Under the pieces are notes generated by a model that saw only the letters and a list, made by a program, of their open reading frames with translations, had not been told where the DNA came from and did no database searches. Source: Planctomycetota bacterium (GTDB lineage Bacteria; Planctomycetota; UBA8108; JACQVS01). Taken from it: 64,000 nucleotides of DNA. The stretch covers positions 6,772 through 70,771 of the forward strand of contig JANQLS010000042.1 in assembly GCA_028280485.1 (NCBI GenBank), read 5' to 3'. The position numbers and the translations under genes are program-made. Below, in pieces: positions 35,105-44,216 of the stretch; position 1 is the first letter of the stretch, and every line of letters starts with the position of its first letter.

Positions 35105-36151
35105 ATGGCTCAAATTGAAGTAAAAAACCTCAGCAAGAACTTTAGAGTGTTCGACCGCCGGGAAGGCGTACGCGGTGCCTTCATCGATTTGTTTAATCGT
35201 AAGTACCGAACAGTCGAGGCGGTGAAGGAGGTGTCTTTTTCGATTGAGCCGGGAGAACGCGTGGGGTATTTAGGGCCAAATGGAGCAGGCAAATCGACGA
35301 CCCTAAAAATGTTGACGGGAATCCTGGTGCCTTCGGGAGGGACGGTCGAGGTCGGCGGCTTAGATCCTCACATCGATCGTGAAAAAAGTCTGAGAAGAAT
35401 TGGAGCCATCTTTGGTCAACGATCTCAGCTATGGTGGGATTTAGCAGCGATCGAATCGTTTCGCCTTTTGGCTAGTATTTACGGCTTGTCTCAAGATCAG
35501 CTTCGAGATCGAATGGAAGAATTCGAGCCCGTATTGAAGCTCTCCGATTTTTTGAGAATCCCCGTTAGGAAACTCTCCCTCGGGCAAAAGATGCGGTGCG
35601 AACTCGCCGCCAGCATGTTGCATTCACCGGGAGTGGTGTTCCTCGATGAGCCCACCATCGGCTTAGATCTCGTCGCTAAAGAAAACATTCGCAGTTTCCT
35701 TCTTGAGGAAAATAAAAATCGGGGAACGACTCTCATATTAACCACTCACGACCTTTCGGATATCGAAGAACTCTGCGAGCGAGTCATCGTCATCGACCAC
35801 GGAAAACTTCTTTATGATGGCTCCTTGGAAGCCCTCAAAGAGCAAGTGGGGGGAGGAGGATCTCTGGTCTTCAAAGGATTGAGTGCGAGCCAAAAAGAGA
35901 CCGAAGAAACTGGGGATGAGGCATCGAACAAACTTCAAATTCTCGAAGAGATCTGTCAGGACTTACCTCTTTCTTGGGCCGAAGATCAAGATGCCTTCCG
36001 GGCAACTTTCATTCGAGGTAAGGTGAAACGGGCTGAGTTGATCCGAAGAGTTCTAAATCGATTCGAAGTCTTAGATATCTCTTTTGAGGAGGCGAGTATC
36101 GAGGACGTCATTCGAAAGATCTACGATGATGGTATCGGGAGGTCTTGGTGA
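35105..36151 (+). CDS. ABC transporter ATP-binding protein (ABC-2 exporter type)
   Basis: Walker A GPNGAGKST, signature LSLGQKMRCELA, Walker B VVFLDEPTIGLD. Confidence 0.85.
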   Translation: MAQIEVKNLSKNFRVFDRREGVRGAFIDLFNRKYRTVEAVKEVSFSIEPGERVGYLGPNGAGKSTTLKMLTGILVPSGGTVEVGGLDPHIDREKSLRRIGAIFGQRSQLWWDLAAIESFRLLASIYGLSQDQLRDRMEEFEPVLKLSDFLRIPVRKLSLGQKMRCELAASMLHSPGVVFLDEPTIGLDLVAKENIRSFLLEENKNRGTTLILTTHDLSDIEELCERVIVIDHGKLLYDGSLEALKEQVGGGGSLVFKGLSASQKETEETGDEASNKLQILEEICQDLPLSWAEDQDAFRATFIRGKVKRAELIRRVLNRFEVLDISFEEASIEDVIRKIYDDGIGRSW

Positions 36152-37005
36152 CAGTCCAAGCTGAATCTCTTCAAAGCCGGCTTCTCGTTCCGATTTTTGC
36201 CTTCGCGCGATTGACCTTTACCGACAAATTGGCTTACCGAGTGCGCTATGTGATCGGCGTGATCAACTACACGATCTATATGAGCGTGCAGTATTTTTTA
36301 TGGCAGGCCGTGTTCGCCAGCTCGACTGAAGGTGGAAGCACGATGAAGGGCTTCACTTTTGAAGCCTTGATCACTTATTTTGCGATCGGTTGGATCGTCC
36401 GGGTTTCTTATTATAACAACTTAGATGAAGATCTCGCCGAACGGGTTAACCGAGGGGACATCGCCTCCGACTTGTTACGCCCGATGCCTTTGTTAGGAGT
36501 TTACTACGGGAAGGCCTTAGGAGAATCTTCATTTCGAATTCTATTTATGGCACTCCCCACTGCTTGTGTCTTGTTCCCTCTCTTTTCAGTGAGTAGCCCC
36601 AAATGGCCTAGCGGGATTGAATGGTGGCTTCACGCGGGTTCTTTTGTTCTATCGATCATTTTTGCCTTCCATATTTTCTTTTTCATCAATTTTATCGTCG
36701 GGACGATTGCTGTTTACTTTGAACGTCTGTTAGGAGTAATTTGGGCTAAGTTTGTCGTCCTTCAGTTTTTGTCGGGCTTACTCGTTCCCTTCGATTTTTT
36801 TCCTTCTTGGGCTCGCGGAATTTTAGAATTCTTACCCTTTCGAGCCATCGTCTATTCGCCGGCGATGATTTATCTTGGCAAAGGAGGGGAAGGCATTCCA
36901 TTGAAAGAATTGGGTCTGCAAGCCTTCTGGACTGTGTTTCTCTTAGCTTTCTCCGTCTTTTTTTGGAGACGTGCCCGTCGTCGCTTGGTGGTGTTAGGAG
37001 GATGA
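36145..37005 (+). CDS. ABC-2 family transporter permease
   Basis: Six hydrophobic segments. It overlaps the ATPase stop, with a GTG start. Confidence 0.7.
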   Translation: MVTVQAESLQSRLLVPIFAFARLTFTDKLAYRVRYVIGVINYTIYMSVQYFLWQAVFASSTEGGSTMKGFTFEALITYFAIGWIVRVSYYNNLDEDLAERVNRGDIASDLLRPMPLLGVYYGKALGESSFRILFMALPTACVLFPLFSVSSPKWPSGIEWWLHAGSFVLSIIFAFHIFFFINFIVGTIAVYFERLLGVIWAKFVVLQFLSGLLVPFDFFPSWARGILEFLPFRAIVYSPAMIYLGKGGEGIPLKELGLQAFWTVFLLAFSVFFWRRARRRLVVLGG

Positions 37006-37006
37006 G

Positions 37007-37825
37007 ATGAAGGCCTTACTTTCACCCCACTACGTTTGGCGGCATCTGAGATTAGGTTGGCTCTTTTTCCTTCAGATGATTAAGGCGCGTTTGGAGTATC
37101 GTGCGGATTTCATCATTGAATGCCTCGTGGCGATGCTCCGTCAAGCTTCAGGGCTGATGGTGGTGGCTGTTATTTTTTCAAACATTCCTGCCCTCAAAAG
37201 CTGGAGTCGTGAGGAAGTTTTTTTCGTCTACGGTTTTGCGATGACCGCCCAAGCCTTGTTCGAGTCTTTCGCGGATGCTTTCTATCGTTTTTCTAGGCGA
37301 TATATCATGGGAGGAGAATTTGATCGCATTCTACTTCGCCCTCTTAATCCGCTTTGGCAAATCCTACTTGAAAACTTTAACTTTGAATTTCTACCCGATT
37401 TCATACTCGGTGTTCTGATCTTATGTATCAGTGGTTATTCCCTGCCTCAGCCTCCTGGCGCTTCGGAACTCCTCTGTCTCTTCATTCAACTACCGAGTGC
37501 GATTTTAGTCTTGGCAGGAGTGTTTCTCTCTCTCGCCTCAGCGAGCTTTTGGCTTGAGGATCGTATGGGTTTATTGCCACCCTTTTATAATTTGCTCGAA
37601 TTCGGTCGATATCCGATCACCATTTATAATCCTACGATTCGTTTTTTGCTGACTTGGATCCTCCCCTATGGATTCGTTGCTTTCTATCCGGCTTCCGGCC
37701 TCTTGGGGCATGACGAGTATCGAGCCTTTTTCTGGTCGACTCCGATAGCAGGAATGATATCTATGCTCATTGGGGTATCGTTCTTTAAATTAGGAATCAA
37801 GCATTATCGTTCCACCGGAACGTAG
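37007..37825 (+). CDS. ABC-2 family transporter permease (second subunit)
   Basis: Polytopic protein that starts 2 nt after the preceding stop. Paralogous architecture to 36145-37005. Confidence 0.7.
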   Translation: MKALLSPHYVWRHLRLGWLFFLQMIKARLEYRADFIIECLVAMLRQASGLMVVAVIFSNIPALKSWSREEVFFVYGFAMTAQALFESFADAFYRFSRRYIMGGEFDRILLRPLNPLWQILLENFNFEFLPDFILGVLILCISGYSLPQPPGASELLCLFIQLPSAILVLAGVFLSLASASFWLEDRMGLLPPFYNLLEFGRYPITIYNPTIRFLLTWILPYGFVAFYPASGLLGHDEYRAFFWSTPIAGMISMLIGVSFFKLGIKHYRSTGT

Positions 37826-37997
37826 TCGTGAGGTGGATTTCTTATAATCACAATTAAAACTATTGTCATTGTTCCTGGTCGAGGTAAACTACCCGTAGTG
37901 GGTACCCTTCCTGTAATGAATCCAGCCGGATTTATGCTTCAATATTCTTTCGCAATCATTTGATCCTTCGACTCTTATTTTTGGATGAGGCCTTTCT

Positions 37998-39071
37998 ATG
38001 CATTCCAACGATGAATATGACATACCTTTAGATGAACTAAAGGAACTCTACGATGCTGCTGATCAGATTTGGGAGCAAGCTTGTTGGAATTGGATGGACC
38101 CCGACGATTTGTTTTCGGTTTCACTACCGGATTCTGGAATTAAAGAACTCGGCTACGGTTCTTATTTGCCCAAATATGGGGATAAGGCTCCAGGGATACT
38201 TGTTTTTTTGGGAGATCGAGGGCTCAACAGTTATGAACGATTGTGCGAGGAAAAAACCTACAACGATCGCCTGGAAGGATTGGTCTACCAACGTTCATTA
38301 CATTTAACTTTTGAAAACTATCGAGATCTTACTACCAAAGATCGCAGAGCGATCAAATCGATTGGTAAAAAATACAGTGGAAAGCATTCCTGGCCTCAAT
38401 TCAGAAGTTACCTTCCTGGTTATATGCCTTGGGAATTGAGTTTGAGCGAAGTCCGCTATTTTACTCAATTTTTAACGCGTGCGTATCACTATGCCCTCGA
38501 TCGTTATTATCGCCCGAAGGAATTTAGCCCACCGGATGATAAAAAGCGATGGATTCTTCACGCTGAACGGAAAAAGGATAAACCTTGGAAGTATGATTGG
38601 CGAGAGCTGACATTTCCTCAGTGGAAGGATGTCGATCCTTTAGATTTCGATGAACTTCAACTCTATCGGTTGAAGAAAGCATTCCGTAAACAAAACAAAG
38701 AATGGGAATTTGGAATCTTCACTATCGATAATTTAATGGATGCCGGCGAGCTTCGCCCGGTCGTGGTTCAACAAGCGATGACTGCTGACCGCGAAACGGC
38801 TGCGATGTATGATTCTTATATTTTTATGTGTTCTCAACGTGGTGAACAACTCGTTCCGGCTTTGATCCAAGCTATAGAAAACGCTCAGCACCTTCCCAAT
38901 TGTTTTGTCGTGAGTGACGAACACTTGGCTCAGCAACTGCGTCCAATCTTAAAGAAATTGGGAGTAGGAATTCGTTGTGCTTCTGATTTACATGCTTTGG
39001 AGTTCGCTCGGCAAAGCTTCGAAAAAATAATGGAAGAGACCCGGGAAGCGAGAGAGCAGGAAAAGGAATAG
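37998..39071 (+). CDS. Hypothetical cytoplasmic protein
   Basis: Long ORF with ordinary codon usage. No signal peptide or motif I can name. Confidence 0.5.
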   Translation: MHSNDEYDIPLDELKELYDAADQIWEQACWNWMDPDDLFSVSLPDSGIKELGYGSYLPKYGDKAPGILVFLGDRGLNSYERLCEEKTYNDRLEGLVYQRSLHLTFENYRDLTTKDRRAIKSIGKKYSGKHSWPQFRSYLPGYMPWELSLSEVRYFTQFLTRAYHYALDRYYRPKEFSPPDDKKRWILHAERKKDKPWKYDWRELTFPQWKDVDPLDFDELQLYRLKKAFRKQNKEWEFGIFTIDNLMDAGELRPVVVQQAMTADRETAAMYDSYIFMCSQRGEQLVPALIQAIENAQHLPNCFVVSDEHLAQQLRPILKKLGVGIRCASDLHALEFARQSFEKIMEETREAREQEKE

Positions 39072-39088
39072 TCGTCGTCTCGCTCAAA

Positions 39089-39113
39089 GTAGTCCCCTCA
39101 CCCCGTGAGCCGG
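39089..39113 (+). repeat. GTAG-headed REP hairpin 18 nt after the stop codon
   Basis: CTCAAA-GTAGTCCCCTCACCCCGTGAGCCGGG. Confidence 0.8.
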
Positions 39114-39214
39114 GAAGGCATTCTGATTTAACCTTCAAATCGCGAATAATTCTTCTCTTTGGATGAACTTCAATTCGTTACTTCTAAATTCAATTTAACT
39201 AACCCTGCGAGGTT

Positions 39215-39372
39215 GTGATTTTTTTAAGACCTCCAACTTAACTAGCCCGAAGCGCTAGCGAGGGGCCAGCTTAAATAAGAATGGGCCCCTCGCTAGCGCT
39301 TCGGGCTAGTTAAGGCAGTATTTCTACTTGATTGGAAACCGACACTAACTAAGCTTGATAAAAAATCACAGC
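39215..39372. repeat. Composite repeat, mirror copy of 32690-32850
   Basis: See 32690-32850. The palindrome arms are identical and the 20-nt loop CCAGCTTAAATAAGAATGGG is in the same absolute orientation in both copies. Confidence 0.85.
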
Positions 39373-39460
39373 CTCGGAGCGTGATCAACGGTAATCCGTT
39401 GGCCTGGTATTTCTCTCCGAATTAGCTTTCCTATTGTTTTAAATTTTAGTTGCCTACGTT

Positions 39461-39485
39461 CCGGCTCATGGGGTGAGCCGACTAC
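39461..39485 (-). repeat. GTAG-headed REP hairpin after the ABC-2 permease stop
   Basis: CCGGCTCATGGGGTGAGCCGACTAC. Confidence 0.8.
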
Positions 39486-39502
39486 ATTGGGCGGGACGAC
39501 CA

Positions 39503-40321
39503 CTATGTCGTTTGAATGTCCCGCCGATTAAAGACCCAAGCTCCCACCAATCCTGATACGATTCCGATCGAGGCGAGTACCGTAATATCGCCTAACGGGA
39601 AGGTTTCAGATTGCAGAGTGATCAATGGGCGGTAATACGTCAATAGACTAAACGGCTTGACGATCGCTGCGGGCTCCCAGTACTCGGCGATGAAATTGAT
39701 CATAAATGAAGACACCACTAAGGTCATCACCGCTCCGATAGCACGACCTCGTCGTTCGCTTAAACTTGAAATAAGTATGCCGAGGCCACAGATGGAGAAG
39801 TAGATCGCATAGGCATTAGTAAAAGCGATCATGAGAATTTTAGGGGGAGGGGGATCGGCCTTGGCTAATGACAAGCCAATTAAATGCCCGACGACTCCAC
39901 AGCTCAAAACGATGAGTCCTGAAGCCGAACAAATAATAAAGTGAGTGAAGAAAACTTGAACCCTTTTGACGGGCAGACCTAAGAGTAGATCTATGGTTCC
40001 TCGATCGATTTCTCCAGACGGTAACTGGGAGGCTAAGGTGACCTGATGCCCAAACACGATCATCAATACGACGGGATGAACCCAGGGGATAGCTAAGAGA
40101 AGTCCCGTTCCCATGTTCTCAGTGATCGGAACACCGAGGAGAGCTCCCATCATCTTACGGACAAAGGGGAGCTTCACCATCATATTGAAGATCTCAGAGT
40201 TCATCTCGGGAATGACGAACGAGATCAAAATCTCTACCACTAAAAGTAAGACGGCGAAGCCTAGGGTGACTAACGCGCAATCCCGAATCGATTTTTGAAT
40301 TAAACCTTGGTTGATCATCAC
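39503..40321 (-). CDS. ABC-2 type transporter permease
   Basis: Six TM segments. It lies downstream of the ABC ATPase on the same strand. Confidence 0.65.
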   Translation of the reverse strand: MMINQGLIQKSIRDCALVTLGFAVLLLVVEILISFVIPEMNSEIFNMMVKLPFVRKMMGALLGVPITENMGTGLLLAIPWVHPVVLMIVFGHQVTLASQLPSGEIDRGTIDLLLGLPVKRVQVFFTHFIICSASGLIVLSCGVVGHLIGLSLAKADPPPPKILMIAFTNAYAIYFSICGLGILISSLSERRGRAIGAVMTLVVSSFMINFIAEYWEPAAIVKPFSLLTYYRPLITLQSETFPLGDITVLASIGIVSGLVGAWVFNRRDIQTT

Positions 40322-40354
40322 GAATTTAGGTGAAGAGAGTCGAGGGGTTGTAAG

Positions 40355-41236
40355 TCAGCGATAGTAAGAATGAAAGAGAGTTTCCAAGTTGGGGGGTGAG
40401 ATCGATACATCATCGGGATTTTGTTGGTGAATCCAACTCATGATTTCAGGACTTGTCTCTCCCTTGAGGGTGAGTTTCCAGTGGAGATCTTGTTGTTCGA
40501 GAAGGTCGAGTTCTTCGGGGAGAGTGTTCTGAAATTTGGGTTGGGTATGTCTCCAGTGGAGGTGGATTTCTCGGAGTGCTTTTTTTCTGAGTTCGGCGAG
40601 AGTCGTATCGATCACTAAGTTACCTTCCTTTAGGATCGTGATGCGATCGCATAAGTTTTCAATTTCGCTCAAGGTGTGGCTTGAAAAGAAAACCGTTCCT
40701 CCCTCATCGGCAAAGTTGAGAAGAATTTCTCGCAATCGATCCTGAACGATGGGGTCTAAACCCGATGTCGGTTCGTCTAAGATCAACAGGCGAGGTTGAG
40801 TGGCTAAGGCGAGGATGAGCCCCAGCTTTTGACGTGTACCCAAAGACATCTCCCGTACTTTGATATCGGGATTCAGGTTCAATTGTTCGGCCAGTTCTAA
40901 TCCCGGAGCGAGAATATCTTTTCGGCGAATCTTGCTGACGAGGTTGAGAGCGATGCGGGGGGTCCATCGGCGATAAATTCTTAAATCGCCGGGGACATAA
41001 GCCACCTCGATTTTGATTTCACTCGAATGACTCCAACAGTTGAGGCCAAAAATCTTGGCTCGCCCGGAGGTGGGCTTTAACAATCCTAAAAGTAAACGGA
41101 TCGTTGTGGTTTTCCCGGCTCCGTTCGGGCCTAAGAAGCCCAAGATCTTCCCTTCCTCAACTTGGAGGTTGAGGTTATTCAGAGCCCGCGTTTGGCGGTA
41201 GGATTTACTGAGATTTTCAATCTCGATAAGGTTCAT
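40355..41236 (-). CDS. ABC transporter ATP-binding protein
   Basis: Walker A GPNGAGKTT, signature MSLGTRQKLGLILAL, Walker B LLILDEPTSGLD. Confidence 0.85.
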   Translation of the reverse strand: MNLIEIENLSKSYRQTRALNNLNLQVEEGKILGFLGPNGAGKTTTIRLLLGLLKPTSGRAKIFGLNCWSHSSEIKIEVAYVPGDLRIYRRWTPRIALNLVSKIRRKDILAPGLELAEQLNLNPDIKVREMSLGTRQKLGLILALATQPRLLILDEPTSGLDPIVQDRLREILLNFADEGGTVFFSSHTLSEIENLCDRITILKEGNLVIDTTLAELRKKALREIHLHWRHTQPKFQNTLPEELDLLEQQDLHWKLTLKGETSPEIMSWIHQQNPDDVSISPPNLETLFHSYYR

Positions 41237-41253
41237 AAAGCTCTTTGCTGGAG

Positions 41254-42552
41254 TTAAGTATTTGAGGGGGAGTCATTCAACATTTTGGAAAGACTCGGGA
41301 GGATTTTAACTAGGACTAAGTAGCTTGAAAGGGCTAAAAGCATTAAAAAGCCGAATCCAGCCACGATGTTGGTGAGTAAGCCATTTTTGAGTTCTCCCAT
41401 GACCTTTTTACTTGAGGTCAACCACCACAACACGCCACCGGCTAGAGGAGCGGCGACGACGGTGATCGCTTGAGCGAAGACGACGGCAGGTAGGGCTGAA
41501 ACGTCTTTTAATATAAGAGCCAAGGCGATGATCATTCCAAAAAGGAGGATGGCGGTTGCAAATATTCGGGGCCACTTGTCGGTATTGTTCACGCCGAGTT
41601 TAAATCCATCGGCGAGTAAGAAACCTCCGATGAGAGAGTTCACAAGGTAAGAAGAGTAAGCGGCGCAAAAAAGACCGATACAGAACAAAGTTTCTCCGAT
41701 TGGGCCGAATAGCGAATTGAGTTGTTGGGCGACATCGCTCACTTTTTTGAGATCTTTTCCGCCTAAGGCCGTGGCTGCCGTGGCGAGGAGCATAAGCGTG
41801 ATGAGGGCTGAAACTACAGAGCCGACTCGGGCATCCAAGAGACCATCTTTTAGATTTTCTCTCTTCCAACCTTTTTGTCGTACCAAGTAGGCTTGGTTGT
41901 AGGCGACGCCGGTAATAAACGTAGTTCCTATCCAACCCAATACCGGAACCCAATCCACTTCACTTCCTTCAGAACTTTGAGGGAGGCTGGGGATGAGGCC
42001 CATGATCATCTGTCCCACATCGGGAGGGGCGAAGAACAAATTAATAAAGAAGGCACCCAACATCAAAGCGACGAAGACTACCATGATACGTTCTAACCAT
42101 CGGTAGAGATCTTTAAACGCAAATAGAAAGGCGATCGCCAAGAGATTGGCTCCGATCACAATTCCGATGGTAGCCTTGGAAGCCCAGGTCGTACCTTCGG
42201 GGAGTAATTGAGTCGCGGCAGCGTGAACTCCTAGGTTATTTCCAAACTGGTACGCTCCTGAAATACAAAAAATGGCTACCCCGATCACCATCGCAAGCCA
42301 ACGAAGATTTTGTTTCTCTAATAGCTGGGCCGGGGTGAGATCCTGAGCGACTCCTAATTTGGCACCGAGAGTCATGTAGGTCATCATCAGAATAACAGCG
42401 ACGACTAAGACCCATAGAAGTTCAAATCCATAAGCGGAGCCCACCTTGGAGCTGGTTAAGATGCTCCCAGGACCGATGATCACACAAGCCGTAATCAGGC
42501 CGGGGCCGAGACGTTTATAGAGTGGGCGAGATGGAGGAGGTGTGTCGGTCAT
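41254..42552 (-). CDS. Nramp-like divalent metal transporter (divergent)
   Basis: About 11 TM segments with an N-terminal GPGLITACVIIGPGSILTSSKVG block resembling the Nramp/MntH first helix. The canonical DPGN motif is replaced by GPGS. Confidence 0.6.
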   Translation of the reverse strand: MTDTPPPSRPLYKRLGPGLITACVIIGPGSILTSSKVGSAYGFELLWVLVVAVILMMTYMTLGAKLGVAQDLTPAQLLEKQNLRWLAMVIGVAIFCISGAYQFGNNLGVHAAATQLLPEGTTWASKATIGIVIGANLLAIAFLFAFKDLYRWLERIMVVFVALMLGAFFINLFFAPPDVGQMIMGLIPSLPQSSEGSEVDWVPVLGWIGTTFITGVAYNQAYLVRQKGWKRENLKDGLLDARVGSVVSALITLMLLATAATALGGKDLKKVSDVAQQLNSLFGPIGETLFCIGLFCAAYSSYLVNSLIGGFLLADGFKLGVNNTDKWPRIFATAILLFGMIIALALILKDVSALPAVVFAQAITVVAAPLAGGVLWWLTSSKKVMGELKNGLLTNIVAGFGFLMLLALSSYLVLVKILPSLSKMLNDSPSNT

Positions 42553-42675
42553 GAGATTTAAGTTCTGTGTTCTTTATAGAGTATTGAGGCTCAAGGAACG
42601 GGAATAGAATTTTCAAATTAAACCATTTTGGGGCGCGGATTGATCTATAAATCGAATTTGGCTACAGCTAAACCT

Positions 42676-42803
42676 CCTGTAGGGGCAGGGCCCAGCAATG
42701 GCTGACGCCAGGATAGGGCCTGCCCGATTCTTGAAACGCCGTAAAATTTTGAATGATCACATTTGCTTGGGAGGCGGGCGCCCGCAAGGGACGCCCCTAC
42801 AGG
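42676..42803. repeat. GC-rich ~130-bp palindromic element (single copy in the window)
   Basis: Outer arms CCTGTAGGGGC / GCCCCTACAGG enclose further GC-rich inverted repeats, including the self-complementary GCGGGCGCCCGC. Confidence 0.55.
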
Positions 42804-42843
42804 ATCGGTTCAGAAATTAGATCATGGTAAGGAAACGCATTCA

Positions 42844-43551
42844 CTACTGGTTCTTGGGAAACTCGATCTGAACATCCGTCGTTCTCGTCCCCCAAATTTT
42901 GACTTTCTGTTCAACCTCTCCTAATTTCGGATGCCAGGCTTTTAAGAGGTAGGTTCCGGCTGGAACGTCCTTAATTTTGAACTTCCCGTGTTGATCCGTT
43001 ACTGCAAACAGATGGTGGTCAAAGACGGAAACATACTCCTGTTCGAAGGGATGGAGGTCACAACTCAATATCATGTGGAGTTCGCACTCTTCAAATTGAA
43101 TGTCGTATTGGTTACTACCCTTGGGAGGGACCACGATATTGAATTTCTGGTTCTTTCTAGAAGTTAATCTGATGTTGTGGATCGTATTCGAATTATTGAT
43201 GGCGACTAATGTTTGATTCTTTCTTAAATTTGTTATCCGGTGATGGGGAGGCTTAGAAGGATATTCGATTTCAATAACGGGTAATTTCGTATGTCGGGGG
43301 GGAGCAATCGAGATTTTTTTATTCTTGTTTGTCGATTCTAACCAAACGAGTGCTTTCTCAAGTTCGTTAGAAGAATTCACCAGCACAGCAGGTTGATGGA
43401 CTTTCTTCAGGGAGAGTAGAAACTTAAATGTGATCCGACCCTCTATATTCCCCGGTCGAAAATAAAATTGAATGAAGGTGTACCCCCCAATGAATACGAC
43501 CACTAAGGAAAGTAAGAGTAAGAGTTGGAAGATTCGCTTTGGTTTTTTCAC
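42844..43551 (-). CDS. Membrane-anchored cupredoxin-like plus CarboxypepD_reg-like domain protein
   Basis: N-terminal TM segment. NSNTIHNI and SCDLHPFE resemble degenerate blue-copper ligand blocks. The C-terminal GKFKIKDVPAGTYLLKAWHPKLG pattern is typical of this family. Confidence 0.45.
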   Translation of the reverse strand: MKKPKRIFQLLLLLSLVVVFIGGYTFIQFYFRPGNIEGRITFKFLLSLKKVHQPAVLVNSSNELEKALVWLESTNKNKKISIAPPRHTKLPVIEIEYPSKPPHHRITNLRKNQTLVAINNSNTIHNIRLTSRKNQKFNIVVPPKGSNQYDIQFEECELHMILSCDLHPFEQEYVSVFDHHLFAVTDQHGKFKIKDVPAGTYLLKAWHPKLGEVEQKVKIWGTRTTDVQIEFPKNQ

Positions 43552-43561
43552 CGTTACTGGT

Positions 43562-44215
43562 TTAGCTGGCTTTTATTTTACGGATATAGCTTTTAAGGAA
43601 TTTGAGGTGAGTCGTCCCTTTTCCTAATTGCCCTACAGTGATCAGTACATTTCCGATTCTGGCGATACGCTTCGACATCTCCTTACTGTCGATCGCCGGA
43701 TATCCTGCTTGTTCGGCCTCTTGATACTTATCTTTTATTTGTTCGCTCTCATATTTTTCTTTCCAAAAAGCCTCACAAGATTCTTTGTCTTTGAAGACAA
43801 AAACTCGAACGGTGACGCTCTTAAAAACATCATCAGCTTTACGATAAGTAAAATCCGCCGTTTGGGTGACTCCCATGGGTGTCATTGTTGTTTTGATGGT
43901 TTCAAGGGTCTTCTTCAGTAACTCTGTTTCCATTTCCTTGGGTACAGTAGGATTTGAAATATCATCGAGGACGAGCCCTACAGGCCCATTCCAATTGCCT
44001 TCGAATTGACTTGAGGGAATTTTGAGTTTAGAGACTTTCCCAGTGAAGCTTACGGTATTGCCATTGTTGCTGCTATCACCGGAGTTTTTTGAACAACCCA
44101 AAAAAGCGACACTCATTAAGACGGCTAAAAGAAGGCTGGTATTAATAGGACGTCTTAGGGGGTTACAAAGAAGATACATGATTGGGTTCTTTCTCATCGG
44201 AGGAAGGGATTTCAC
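43562..44215 (-). CDS. Hypothetical lipoprotein
   Basis: Lipobox FLGC after a hydrophobic leader. The start codon choice is uncertain. Confidence 0.45.
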   Translation of the reverse strand: MKSLPPMRKNPIMYLLCNPLRRPINTSLLLAVLMSVAFLGCSKNSGDSSNNGNTVSFTGKVSKLKIPSSQFEGNWNGPVGLVLDDISNPTVPKEMETELLKKTLETIKTTMTPMGVTQTADFTYRKADDVFKSVTVRVFVFKDKESCEAFWKEKYESEQIKDKYQEAEQAGYPAIDSKEMSKRIARIGNVLITVGQLGKGTTHLKFLKSYIRKIKAS

Positions 44216-44216
44216 T

